Assembly (NCBI RefSeq): GCF_004010195.1
Contig: NC_057720.1
Location: 8,783,512-8,803,511 of the forward strand
Origin: Chiloscyllium plagiosum
Taxonomy: Eukaryota
Direction of reading: 5' to 3'
DNA: 20,000 nt
The translations under genes were made by a program, and so were the position numbers. Under the pieces are notes generated by a model. It worked only from the letters and a program-made list of their open reading frames with translations, was not told where the DNA came from and made no database searches. Each line of letters opens with the position of its first letter. Position 1 is the stretch's first letter. Of the stretch, positions 10,540 to 19,754 are shown in pieces.

Positions 10540-11900
10540 CGATAATGCATCTGCGATTACATTTTTTGACCCACAAAATGCATGATTTTTAAATTAGAAG
10601 TTGGTGACATAAGACTCCAATGAATAGTCTCACATTCATGTCTTTAAAGTGTTCTACGTAGTAAGAGGATTGTGATCCGTGTACACAACTACCTCCGACA
10701 CATTGTTTGTGACATACACATTAAAATGCTGTAAGGCCAGCACCAAACTCAATAGTTTCTTTTTCGATCATGGAGTATTTCCTCTGGCAGATGTTGATCT
10801 TCTTCAAAAGATAACCAGTTCAACTCTATCTTCATTTTACTGTAGGAATATAGCTCCAATTCCAATGTCACTAGCATCAATGGCGACTTTAAAAGGTTTT
10901 GAAAAGTTTGGTGTAGCTAAAACTGGTTTGGTGGTTAATATTGATTTCAAATGGTCAAGTGCCTCCTGACATGGTTCTGTCCACCAAAACTTTGCATTCT
11001 TCTTCAGCAAATCGGTTAATGGTGCCACTAAACTCCTGAAGTTTCGAACAAACTTCCAAAATAATGCACTGAGTCTTAAGAATTGAAGCACCTCTTTCTT
11101 CGCGATTGGTCGTGGAAATTCCTTGATGGCCTTTGTCTTTGCATTGGTGGGGTCAAACCTTCCGTGACTGATATTCTGTCCCAAGAACGTCACCTCTGCT
11201 TTCGCGAATTCAGTTCTATTTCAGTTTATCACCAGTTTTGCTTCTCATAGTCATTCAAAGACCTCTGCCAACTGTACCATGTGATCTTTCCGGGACTTAC
11301 TAAAGATCACTACGCGGTCCAACTAGACTGCACAGATTGTTAACCCAGCCTCAACTGTTTATGAGTCTTTGGAATGTAGTGGGTGCGTTCTTCATTCCAA
11401 AGGGCATCACTTTAAACTGATATAGCCCATTTGGGGTTACAAACACAGAAATTGATTTTGCCTTCTATGATAAAGGTATCTGCTAATAACCACGCATTAA
11501 GTCCAACTTGGTGATGTAACTGGCTTGTCTGACTTTCTCGATACAGTCCTCCAATCTCGGAATTAGATATGCGTCTGATTTTGGAACGGCGTTGACCTTC
11601 TGATAATCCATTCAGAATCATTGAGTCCCATCCGGTTTGGGAACTAAGACAATCAGCAAACTCCACTCACTCTGGCTTTTTCAATGATGTTCTCGTTGAG
11701 CATGGCCTCCACCTCTGTCTGGACCTGTCTGGCTTTGAAAGGATTACACTGATAAGGGTGTTGTTTTATTGGAGCAATATTCCCTACGTCTACCTCATGT
11801 ACAACAGCATTAGTCCTCCCCATCTGAATCTTATGTATATCCTTATACTGAAGTAACAAATTTTTCAACTGCGTTCTATGCTCCTGAGACAGATAGCTTA
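10540..11900 (-). pseudogene. pol: Reverse transcriptase and RNase H, disrupted
   Basis: GRTNAVVHEVDVGNIAPIKQHPY; TFLGQNISHG...KKEVLQFL...FRSLVAPLTDLLKK; PVLATPNFSKPFKVAIDASDIGIGAIFLQ; VYTDHNPL. The catalytic YxDD reads V*LDRVVIFS near 11314-11325, so it is inactive. Confidence 0.9.
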
Positions 11901-12029
11901 CTAACCTATCCCACTCCTCAAGGACTTCTCCATTTTAAAATCTATTTTGAGGTACATCAAATTCCACATCATCTGGATTTGATTCCTCACCCTGCAGGGC
12001 AGTAACTAACACCCATTTCTCCAGTTCTT

Positions 12030-13200
12030 TCTCTCTAATATAACACAGTTTCAACATGTTCACATGACATACCCATTGCCTTTCTTTTCTATCGGGCATC
12101 TTTATTAGATTCTTCACGTGATTCAACATTTTCTCAATTTGATAGGGGTCACTAGACCTGGCTTTGAAGGGATCCCCAATCACTGGTACTAACATGCCAT
12201 CCCTTTGGGAAAAACGTCCAAGTCTCAGAGCTTTTATCTGTCACCTGTTTCATTATATACTGTACTCTCTTTAGGTGCTGTTTAGCTAACTCACCTACTC
12301 TATTTAATCTCTTCCTCACCACCGATACATAATCTAAGTGTGAGATCTCTGACGTTGGTCTTGTCAATTTTTCTTGAAATTAATTTCAAAGGGCCTCTCA
12401 CTTCATGCCCAAATATTAACTCTAAGGGAATGAACTGAGTAGATTCGTTTGGGGCATCTCTCATGGTAAACAATACGAATGAGATACCTTTATCCCAATC
12501 ATTCAGGCAATCCTAATAGTATGCTCTCAACATGAGCTTATGTCACCTTTCTAAAACTCCCTGGGATTCAGGATGATACGCACTGGATTTAAAGTGCTAT
12601 ATACCTAAGCTATCCATAACCTCCTTAAACAGCCTAACAGTAAATTTTGATTCTTGGTCCAACTGAATTTCTCTGGGTAGCCCATACTATGTGAAGAAAG
12701 CTACTAACTCCTCTACCACTGTTTTTGCCTTAATACTGCGTAATGGAATTGCCTCTGGAAATCTGGTAGTCACATCCATTATGGTTAACAAATACTGCTT
12801 TCCACTTTTAGTTCTCAGGAGGGGACCTACACAATCAATTAAAACCCGTGTGAAAAGTTCTTCAAATGCGGAAATTGACAACAAAGGTGCTGGTTTTATT
12901 ATCATTTGAGGCTGACCTACCATTTGGCGTGTACAACCCATTTGGCAAAAGTTAACCACATCCTTGTGCATTCTAGGCCAATAAAAATGTTTTTGTACCT
13001 TTGCGTGGGTCTTTCATACCCTTAGGTGCCCTCCGACATGTGCTACCCATAACATCTCCTGTCTGTATGTTACCGGCAACACAATCTGATGCACTTCGGC
13101 ACATTTCTCCTCTGCACTAACCTGCCGTGGTCTCTATTTCCGTTTTAAGATTCTATCTTTCAGATAATAACCCTCTGGAATATTCTCTGCCTCCTTTTTG
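12030..13200 (-). pseudogene. pol: Integrase (Zn-binding region, rve core, C-terminal GPY-like region), disrupted
   Basis: GYYLKDRILKRK; FYWPRMHKDVVNFC; FTRVLIDCVGPLLRTKSGKQYLLTIMDVTTRFPEAIPLRSIKAKTVVEEL; PFKARSSDPYQI...CHVNMLK. Confidence 0.88.
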
Positions 13201-13429
13201 GAGTACACATTCACATATATATCTTTTATCATCTTGTCTTGCTGTTGCAAGTCCCTTAGTCTTTCAGGACTGAACACTTCTGTCTGACCCTCTGCCTGTT
13301 CAGTTTTTTCTTGCACCATTATGTCAAACAGGGATCCGCAAACTGAACTTCAACTCTTTCATCTTTCTCTTTACTTTTTGCTTTGTGCTGTGACTTATGA
13401 CAGTGGGATCTGGTTACCACACTGACTGG

Positions 13430-13800
13430 GAAAATACCAAGATATTTCTGTTTTAACTCATCGGTTTCTTGGTCTTCCTTGGGCTTCTCCACAACAAGGG
13501 GTGTCACTCCCACCTTGGATCCTGCCATATAATTCCCAAGAATAAACTGAATTCCTGGAACTGACACGCTGCCAATCAGTTTCACTGTAACTTCCCCAGT
13601 TTTGAGTTGGCACTCCAATCTGATCTTACATAGGGAATGCCACATTTCTATCCATCTATCCCACAAATTGCCACCTTCTCAGGTAACAGATCAGAAAGTG
13701 TGCATAATTCGCTCATCCCTTACTATTAGAGACTGATTAGATCCTGTATCTCTCAAAACTATAACTTCTTGTCCTTCTCCCCCTGTTCTTTCTGAGTAAA
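13430..13800 (-). pseudogene. pol: Retropepsin aspartic protease domain, disrupted
   Basis: VIVLRDTGSNQSLI (DTG near 13742-13750) and downstream PGIQFILGNYMAG (ILGND-like motif) in a shifted frame. Confidence 0.85.
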
Positions 13801-13939
13801 CTTTACCCACAGAGATGAATTCTTTGTAGAGATCAGGTAGTGACTCCATACCCAGCCCCTGCCTTGGCTGTGCACTCTCCTGCAGATCCTCAGCTCTTCT
13901 TGGGGTCTCCTTTACTACTTTCATTAATGCCACTGATGT

Positions 13940-15178
13940 AGCTTCTTTTACCACATCTTTTCCCACAGTGCCTTTCTTCAACAACCAGCACTGTGACTTT
14001 ATGTGTCCTACTTTATGACAGTGGAAACACCTGAGGCCTTTCACCTCCTTTCCACCCACTTGGGCTTCTTTTTAATCCTGTGGTAAATTCTTATCAGTGT
14101 TCTCTACTCTTGGTTTTGTCATGTAGGATCTCCTCTTTCCCAACTTCTATCTCATAGGACGAAATTCTGGCCGGAAGCTTGTCTTATGCACCGACATGTA
14201 TTCATCTGCTGCCCTTCTCACTTCCTGAACTTTCTGTTCCTCCACGTGAATTCTTACCACATCTGGGAGTGAGTTTTTAAACTCCTCCAGCAGAATAATC
14301 TTTTGCAGAGCCTCAAAAGTCTTATCTATTTTCAAAGCATGCACCCATTGATCAAAATGACTATGTTTAAGTCTTTCGAACTCAACATAAACCTGAACTG
14401 GTTTCTTATTTGTGTTTCTGAACCGCTGTCTATATGCTTCTAGTACTGATTCATAAGCACTTAAAATAGTCTGATTAACCTTTTCATAGTCTCTTGACAC
14501 CTCAACTGACAGTGCGGCAAATACCTCACCAGCTCTGCTTTACAGTTTAGTCCAAATGAGCTTTACCCATAAATCCTCAGATAACTCCACCTGCCTAGCC
14601 AATTTTTCAAATGAAATAAAGAAGACTTCAACATCTCTCTCATCAAAATGTGGCAGAGTTTTGATATTTTTGTATATATCACTACTTTATCTTTTAATCT
14701 CAATCCTGTTAACTTGACTTTGCTGACTAAGTTGCAACTTCTCAAGGTCAAATTCTCTCTCTTTTTGTCTCTCCCTTTCTTTTTTCTCTCTTTCTCTCTC
14801 CGTTTCTTTTATCTCTCCTTCTCTTTCTGCTCAGCTAAGAATCTTCTCTCTGTCTCTTTCCTCTCTCTTTCTTCTTTCTCTCTTTCTCTCTCCCTTTCTC
14901 TTTCCTCTTTCTCTCTTTGTTTATCTTCTAAGTCCATTTTCCTCAATTGTAAGTTAAGTTTTTTCTCCCTCGAGTGCACTTGTCTGTTTCTCGGACACAC
15001 CTAAGTGTCTGAGTAATTCCCTTGCAATTTCAGCTTTGTTTTTGTCCTTGGTTAAACCCAAATCTAACTTCTTTGCTAATTCTAAAAGTATAATCTTTCT
15101 CTTTCCTTCTAAACTTCCTTCGCAAATTTGAGCATCACCTTCAAATCCCAGAACCTCTTTAGCAATTTTAAGAGCCAT
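13940..15178 (-). pseudogene. gag: gag (N-terminal helical region, E/K/R coiled coil, SCAN-like capsid domain, CCHC zinc knuckle), disrupted
   Basis: ORF fragments MALKIAKEVLG..., EKEREREREK..., DYEKVNQTILSAYESVLEAYRQRFR...LQKIILLEEFKNSLP..., and CFHCHKVGHIKSQC (13988-14029), split by frameshifts. Confidence 0.88.
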
Positions 15179-15334
15179 TTCTCTCACTTTTAATTCAATC
15201 AACCACAAGTCACCAAAATTAAACAAATTATCTCACCTATGTTTTGTTTAAAGATGTAGGACACTAACGTGCAAGTGTTTAAATCTGCTGGGATTTTTCA
15301 TACTCTCAAATCTATTCAAATCTGTCTAAACCAG

Positions 15335-15389
15335 CTCAAATCCAGACAAAGAGCCCCCAAACCATTCAAATTCCAATGATGAGCCCCCA
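15335..15389 (-). promoter_or_regulatory. Primer binding site(s) complementary to tRNA-Pro 3' end, two tandem copies
   Basis: Minus strand reads TGGGGGCTC 3 nt inside the 5' LTR and again 30 nt further in. The canonical tRNA-Pro PBS is TGGGGGCTCGTCCGGGAT. Confidence 0.8.
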
Positions 15390-15392
15390 AAT

Positions 15393-16277
15393 TATTATGA
15401 TGCAGGGTAAACCCTCCTGCTTGATTTAAACTAGCAACACAGAAATAATTTATCCCATGCAGTAATCTGTGAAAATTTGAGAGGTCAAGGACTATTTAAA
15501 ATAAAAATTAACAACTTTATTTCTTAAGGAATAACAGAGAATAATTAACTAACAACTATTTACAACTCCAATCTTTCTTTTACCTTCCCCTTTTACAATA
15601 TTACTCTGATAAACTCCTCCCCCAATTGAACTTTACTAAGCATTCAAGTTTTTAAAACCAGCCAGATGTCGAATCTTCTCTTCCTCGGTCTTCTTTTCTT
15701 TTTCTTAGGGATTTCTGTTTCACAGGTCACTAAATAATAAAGGTATCTTTAAGAGAGCTATTCTCCAGGCAGTCTGCAGATGCTGATGGCTTCGCAGTTC
15801 TCCCTCAACTGTTCATGTTTTCCCAGTCTTATACCCCCAAAGCATCACATTGTGTCATTGGCTTTCAGATTGTCAATATACTACATTCAAACTAGATTGG
15901 AGTTTGGTATTTTTGAAGCATAATTTAAATTGATTGGCCGAATTTGAATTTGTGTTGCCATCTCCAGGCAACCCAGCTAATCTCGCTTTCAGTTGAAACT
16001 TTATTGCTGGAACAGCACAGCAGGTCAGGCAGCATCCAGGGAACAGGAATTGTCAATATACTACATTCAAACTAGATTGGAGTTTGGTATTTTTGAAGCA
16101 TAATTTAAATTGATTGGCCGAATTTGAATTTGTGTTGCCGTCTCCAGGCAACCCAGCTAATCTCGCTTTCAACCAAGTTTTACATTGTTACCTTATTCAG
16201 AACACTTGCGCTGTATCAGATAGTTCTGCTCGCTTTTAACTCTCTTAAAGGTACAGTACAACCACATCTTCATAACA
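15393..16277 (-). repeat. 5' LTR (enlarged by 180 bp through an internal duplication plus insertion)
   Basis: Aligns end to end with 9664-10370. Plus-strand ends are TATTATGA...CATAACA. On the minus strand: CCAAT boxes (15857, 15896, 15933 and duplicates at 16076, 16113), TATAAG at 15828-15833, AATAAA at 15516-15521. Confidence 0.92.
15869..16171. repeat. 123-bp direct duplication (15869-15991 / 16049-16171) flanking a 57-bp Penelope pLTR-like fragment
   Basis: The copies differ at one position (15960 A vs 16140 G). The insert CTGGAACAGCACAGCAGGTCAGGCAGCATCC resembles 19400-19440 and is absent from the 3' LTR. Confidence 0.93.
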
Positions 16278-16629
16278 ATCATCAAAGCCCCAGACCCAGG
16301 AGAGTAGGGGCATTGGGCAGCAAGTGTTTGACTACCTTACAGACAGGCAGCAAAAGATGGGTGGAATGGTGGATTTTAGACCCCAAGAGGGAAAATGCAG
16401 AGAGCTACTATCCTCTGTAAGGGGACTGCCCCCATTACGAAAAGGGCTCATTCCAGAGACAATATTGCCTTTCCTCCTGCCATTCCTTTAAAAACTTGTC
16501 AAATCACAGTGGTCTACCCATTTCAATCCCTATCCCTGTGATGATATGGGCAGGTAATAAAGGAGAGTCGAACAGATTTGATTGCCTCTTAATTATTCAG
16601 CTACTTATGATGGGTGGGGTGCTATTCAC

Positions 16630-16869
16630 AGAAGCCCTACAGTATTGAAGTGAGCCATTCAGCCCATCAAGTCCACACCACCCTTCCAAAGAGCATCCCA
16701 CCCAGTTCCATCCTGTAACTCTACATTTCCCATGGCTAATCCACCTAGCCTGCACATCTTTGGATTATGGAAGGAGACACACATGCACGAGTCAACCAAA
16801 TCTGGAATCAAACCCAGGTCCCAGACGCTTTGCGACAGCAATACCAACCACTTATTCACAGTGCTGCCC
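16630..16869 (-). mobile_element. Older HE1-like SINE with internal deletion
   Basis: catggctaatccacctagcctgcacatctttgga...ggaatcaaacccaggtccc...cacagtgctgccc. Confidence 0.8.
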
Positions 16870-17217
16870 CTCTTTGATACTATACATCTAATGCAGGGGG
16901 AGCTGAGATATGGGTGGGCTGCATTGGGCCAGATGCTTATCCTATTTTAGGTGCCCCCTTTCTGAAAACACACATCCGACTGGGTCTTATAAAATCCAGT
17001 CCATAATCTCGTGAGGCACACCTGGTACAGCACTGATGGAGCACTGTTTGATTCACAGTCTTTCAGAGGAAGAAATAAACTAGAGTCCCACCTGTCATGT
17101 GAGGTCAGCGAAAAGGCACTGTTTTACAGGATGGCATCTCCCTCCTCGTTTCTGGGGCAAATTTTGATCATTCAACATCACCAAAATAGCTGTTCAATCA
17201 TTAGCAGGCTAGCACAC

Positions 17218-17559
17218 TGGGGACGCAATGAAAACACTGGACTGTTCATGCAGAGGCCCAGCTGATGTTCTGGGGACCTGGGGTGCGAATTCTGCCATTG
17301 CAGATGGTATAATTTGAATTCAATAAGAATCTGTAATTCATGACCCCTGAAGCCTTTGCCAGTTATGAAGAAAAACCCAACTGGTTCACTAATGTCCTTT
17401 CGGGAGGGAAGTTGCTAGCCTTAACTGGTCTGGCCTACATGTGACTCCAGATGCACATCAATGTGGTTGTCTCTTAACTGCCCTCTGGGTAATTAGGGAT
17501 GGGTAAAAAATGCTGGCCCAGCCAATGATGCCCCCATCCAGAAAATGAATTTAAAAGAA
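17218..17559 (+). mobile_element. tRNA-derived SINE, second family
   Basis: ctggttcactaatgtccttt...ggcctacatgtgactccaga...aattagggatggg...gaatttaaaa; reverse complement of 9303-9640. Confidence 0.85.
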
Positions 17560-17842
17560 TTAAATGCTGCTAGAATTAGAATAGCCTTTGGTGTCAAATA
17601 TACATGATGAGTGAAAAGTTATATGTCACCAATTACAGTAGACTTAGATACAAAAGTACCTAAGCACATCTTCTTTAGTTACAAGATATTAGACACTAGA
17701 GAAATAAAATATCCAGCATTACATAAAAGAGCTCACTACACACTGTGCCAGAAACATGCCACTGCACCAGGCCAGGAAGTTGCCATACCAATCCTGGGAA
17801 GCCACTATGCTAGGCTGGGAGTCGTCACTTCTTGCCAGAGAT

Positions 17843-18170
17843 TATAGAGTCATCGAGGTGTACAGCACGGAAACAGATCCTTCGGTCCATCCAGATATTC
17901 TAACCTAATCTAGTTCCATTTTCCAGCACTTGGCCCATATCCCTCTAAACCCTTCCTATTCATGTATCCATCTGGATGCCTTTGACTTGTTGTAATTGTA
18001 CCAGCCTTCACCACTTCCTGTAGCAGCTCACTCTATACATGCACCACCCTCTGTGTGAAATAGTTTGCCCTTAGATCCCTTTTAAATTTATCCCTCTCAC
18101 CTAAACCCATGCTCTCTAGTTCTGGACTGCCCCACCCCAGGGAAAAGACCTTGACTGTTTATCCTATCCA
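17843..18170 (-). mobile_element. CR1-clade LINE 3' end
   Basis: Homologous to 5795-6125 (tagagtcat...tacagca...caccaccctctgtgtg...ctctctagt). Confidence 0.85.
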
Positions 18171-18334
18171 CCGGAGACCAGGAGTCATTGTCAGAGGCCA
18201 GAAGTCAAATGGAAAAAAAATGAAAAAGCGAAAGAAGAACAAAATGCATTAGGAGGAAGACAAAGAGAAGAGAAAGGAGAAAAGAAGATCGGGTGGGGTG
18301 GATAAGGTCTGATTGGAACATCGTATTCCATTGC

Positions 18335-18500
18335 CATCATACAGCATTGCCCCTTTTACATGGACTGCTGTGTGTGAATTAGCTGTGATTTCTCCTGAGT
18401 TACAAAGTGACTGTCCTCTAAAATACTGCATTGGCAAAAAGTGCTCTGAGATGCTCGGAGTTGCGACAAACAGTTCTATAAAAGCAGCAAATTCCTCTTT
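18335..18500 (+). mobile_element. Ancient DeuSINE/L2-like 3' portion
   Basis: ctgctgtgtgtgaattagctg...ttacaaagtgact...cattggc...ctataaaagcag resembles recalled SacSINE1/AmnSINE1-type 3' sequence. Confidence 0.5.
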
Positions 18501-18904
18501 GGTATACTTGCATCGTTGCTCCCCCCGATCCCTGACTTTCTATTCACCTCCAAAGTCAACATGAACTCCAAGGCACTCTGCCAGCGATGAAACTTTAACT
18601 TATCCCAAAATCTGGTTTGCAAAAGTTGTTAAAACCATTTGTGAAGATAATTCACATAATCTAAAATCCCAGGTGACCTGAAGATTTAAATTACTGCTCC
18701 TCTTTCCACTGTTATTCTCAGGATTGCAGATTTTTTTTTGTACATTACCAGGAACTCACTGCCTCAGAGGGTGTTGGAAATGAAGATAATCAAAAGTTTT
18801 CATGAGAAGTTAGAAAGGCAATTGTTGGAAACAAACTTTTCCACTCACACCATGTGCATGATCTTTTGATCTCTCTGCTGATAAATTCTGTGCTTGTGTG
18901 TTTC

Positions 18905-19022
18905 CCTCTCACTTCACTTGACAAAGGGACAATGCTCCAAAAGCTTGTGATTTCAAATAAACTGTTGTCATCGGATTTCTAACCCTGTCCAATCCAAGTC
19001 CAGCATTAGGACCTCCACATCA
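18905..19022 (+). mobile_element. Old pLTR-like repeat of a second Penelope-type family with decayed hammerhead core
   Basis: TTGACAAAGGGACAATGCTCCAAAAGCTTG...AAATAAA resembles a CTGANGA-stem-GAAAGCT core followed by a polyA signal. Family recognised from memory only. Confidence 0.5.
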
Positions 19023-19097
19023 AACTTGCCTAAGTGCAAAGAAAAAGTGAGCAAAGTGGGACTGATGGAATTACTCAACATAGGGTCAACATGGACC

Positions 19098-19198
19098 ACT
19101 TCTGAAGGAGGGTAACTGGACTCCAAATTTTAACTCTACTTTCTCTCGACAGGCGTTGCCAGATCTGCTGAGTTTTTCCAGCAATTTTCTGTTTTTAT
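19098..19198 (+). mobile_element. Solo Penelope pLTR-like unit with decayed hammerhead core and TSD
   Basis: CTGAAGGAGGGTAACTGGACTCCAAA... is similar to 7123-7220. Flanked by GTCAACATGGACC (19085-19097) and GTCAACATGACC (19199-19210). Confidence 0.75.
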
Positions 19199-19210
19199 GT
19201 CAACATGACC

Positions 19211-19620
19211 TTTTTTTAAATTCATTCAAGGGATGAGGACATCACTGTCTAGGCCTGCATTTATTGTCCACCCCTTGTTAAGAGTTAACCACAATGCTGT
19301 GGGTCTGGAGTCACATGTAGGCCAGAACAGGTAAGGATGGAAGTTTCCTTCCTGAAAGGACATTAGTGAGCCAGATGGGTTTTTCTGGATTAGAGTGGTG
19401 TTGGAAAAGGACAGCAGTTCAGGCAGCATCTGAGGAGCAGGGAAATCAAAATTCTGCAGTCATTGTTTTTACCGAGACGGGTTTTTCTGACAATCGACAA
19501 TGGATTCATGGTCATCATTCAACTCTCAAATCCAGACTTTTATTGAATTCAAATTCCACCATCTGCTGGGTGGTAGGATTCCAATCCGAGTGCCCAGAAC
19601 ATTACCTGGGTTTCCAAATT
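19211..19620 (-). mobile_element. tRNA-derived SINE, second family, with nested insertion
   Basis: Colinear with 9303-9615 apart from the TSD-flanked insert at 19388-19474. Confidence 0.85.
19388..19474. mobile_element. 87-bp Penelope pLTR-like insertion with internal inversion and 15-bp TSD, nested in a SINE
   Basis: AGATGGGTTTTTCTG (19373-19387) / AGACGGGTTTTTCTG (19475-19489). The insert is absent from the homologous SINE at 9305-9640. Confidence 0.8.
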
Positions 19621-19641
19621 AATAGGAGGTCTGTGATTTTC

Positions 19642-19728
19642 AGAGATTAGTTCGGTGGGGCAGGAGCAGGCTGAGACAATGGGTCGGCCGGGGTAGTCAG
19701 GTTTGTGGATTTTGGGCAGGAGGTAGAA
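19642..19728 (-). mobile_element. Inverted N-terminal piece of the same Penelope-like RT
   Basis: Minus strand translates [29 protein letters not shown], the PKIHK...RPIVS motif that normally precedes the adjacent plus-strand segment. Confidence 0.88.
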
Positions 19729-19754
19729 ATGTTTTTTCAGAGATTAGTTTGGTG

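Larger units (their letters stand above)
9664..16277 (-). mobile_element. Full-length degenerate Gmr1-like Ty3/gypsy LTR retrotransposon (gag-PR-INT-RT-RH)
   Basis: Two direct long repeats (9664-10370 and 15393-16277) bracket minus-strand ORF fragments. In order these are a SCAN-like capsid, a CCHC knuckle, a DTGS protease, integrase (IDCVGPL...MDVTTRFPEAIPLR), RT and RNase H (AIDASDIGIGA). PBS and PPT are at the expected positions; many stops and frameshifts. Confidence 0.95.

Noticed and set aside
14147..14500. Host SCAN zinc-finger gene
   Set aside because: Lies inside the gag of an LTR element between PBS and protease, with no C2H2 array and with frameshifts.
14648..15004. 118-aa plus-strand F/L/S-rich ORF
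   Set aside because: Antisense reading of the GA-rich gag tract; low complexity explains the lack of stops.
10540..15178. Active or domesticated gag-pol gene
   Set aside because: Numerous frameshifts and stops, a destroyed YxDD motif and diverged LTRs indicate neutral decay.
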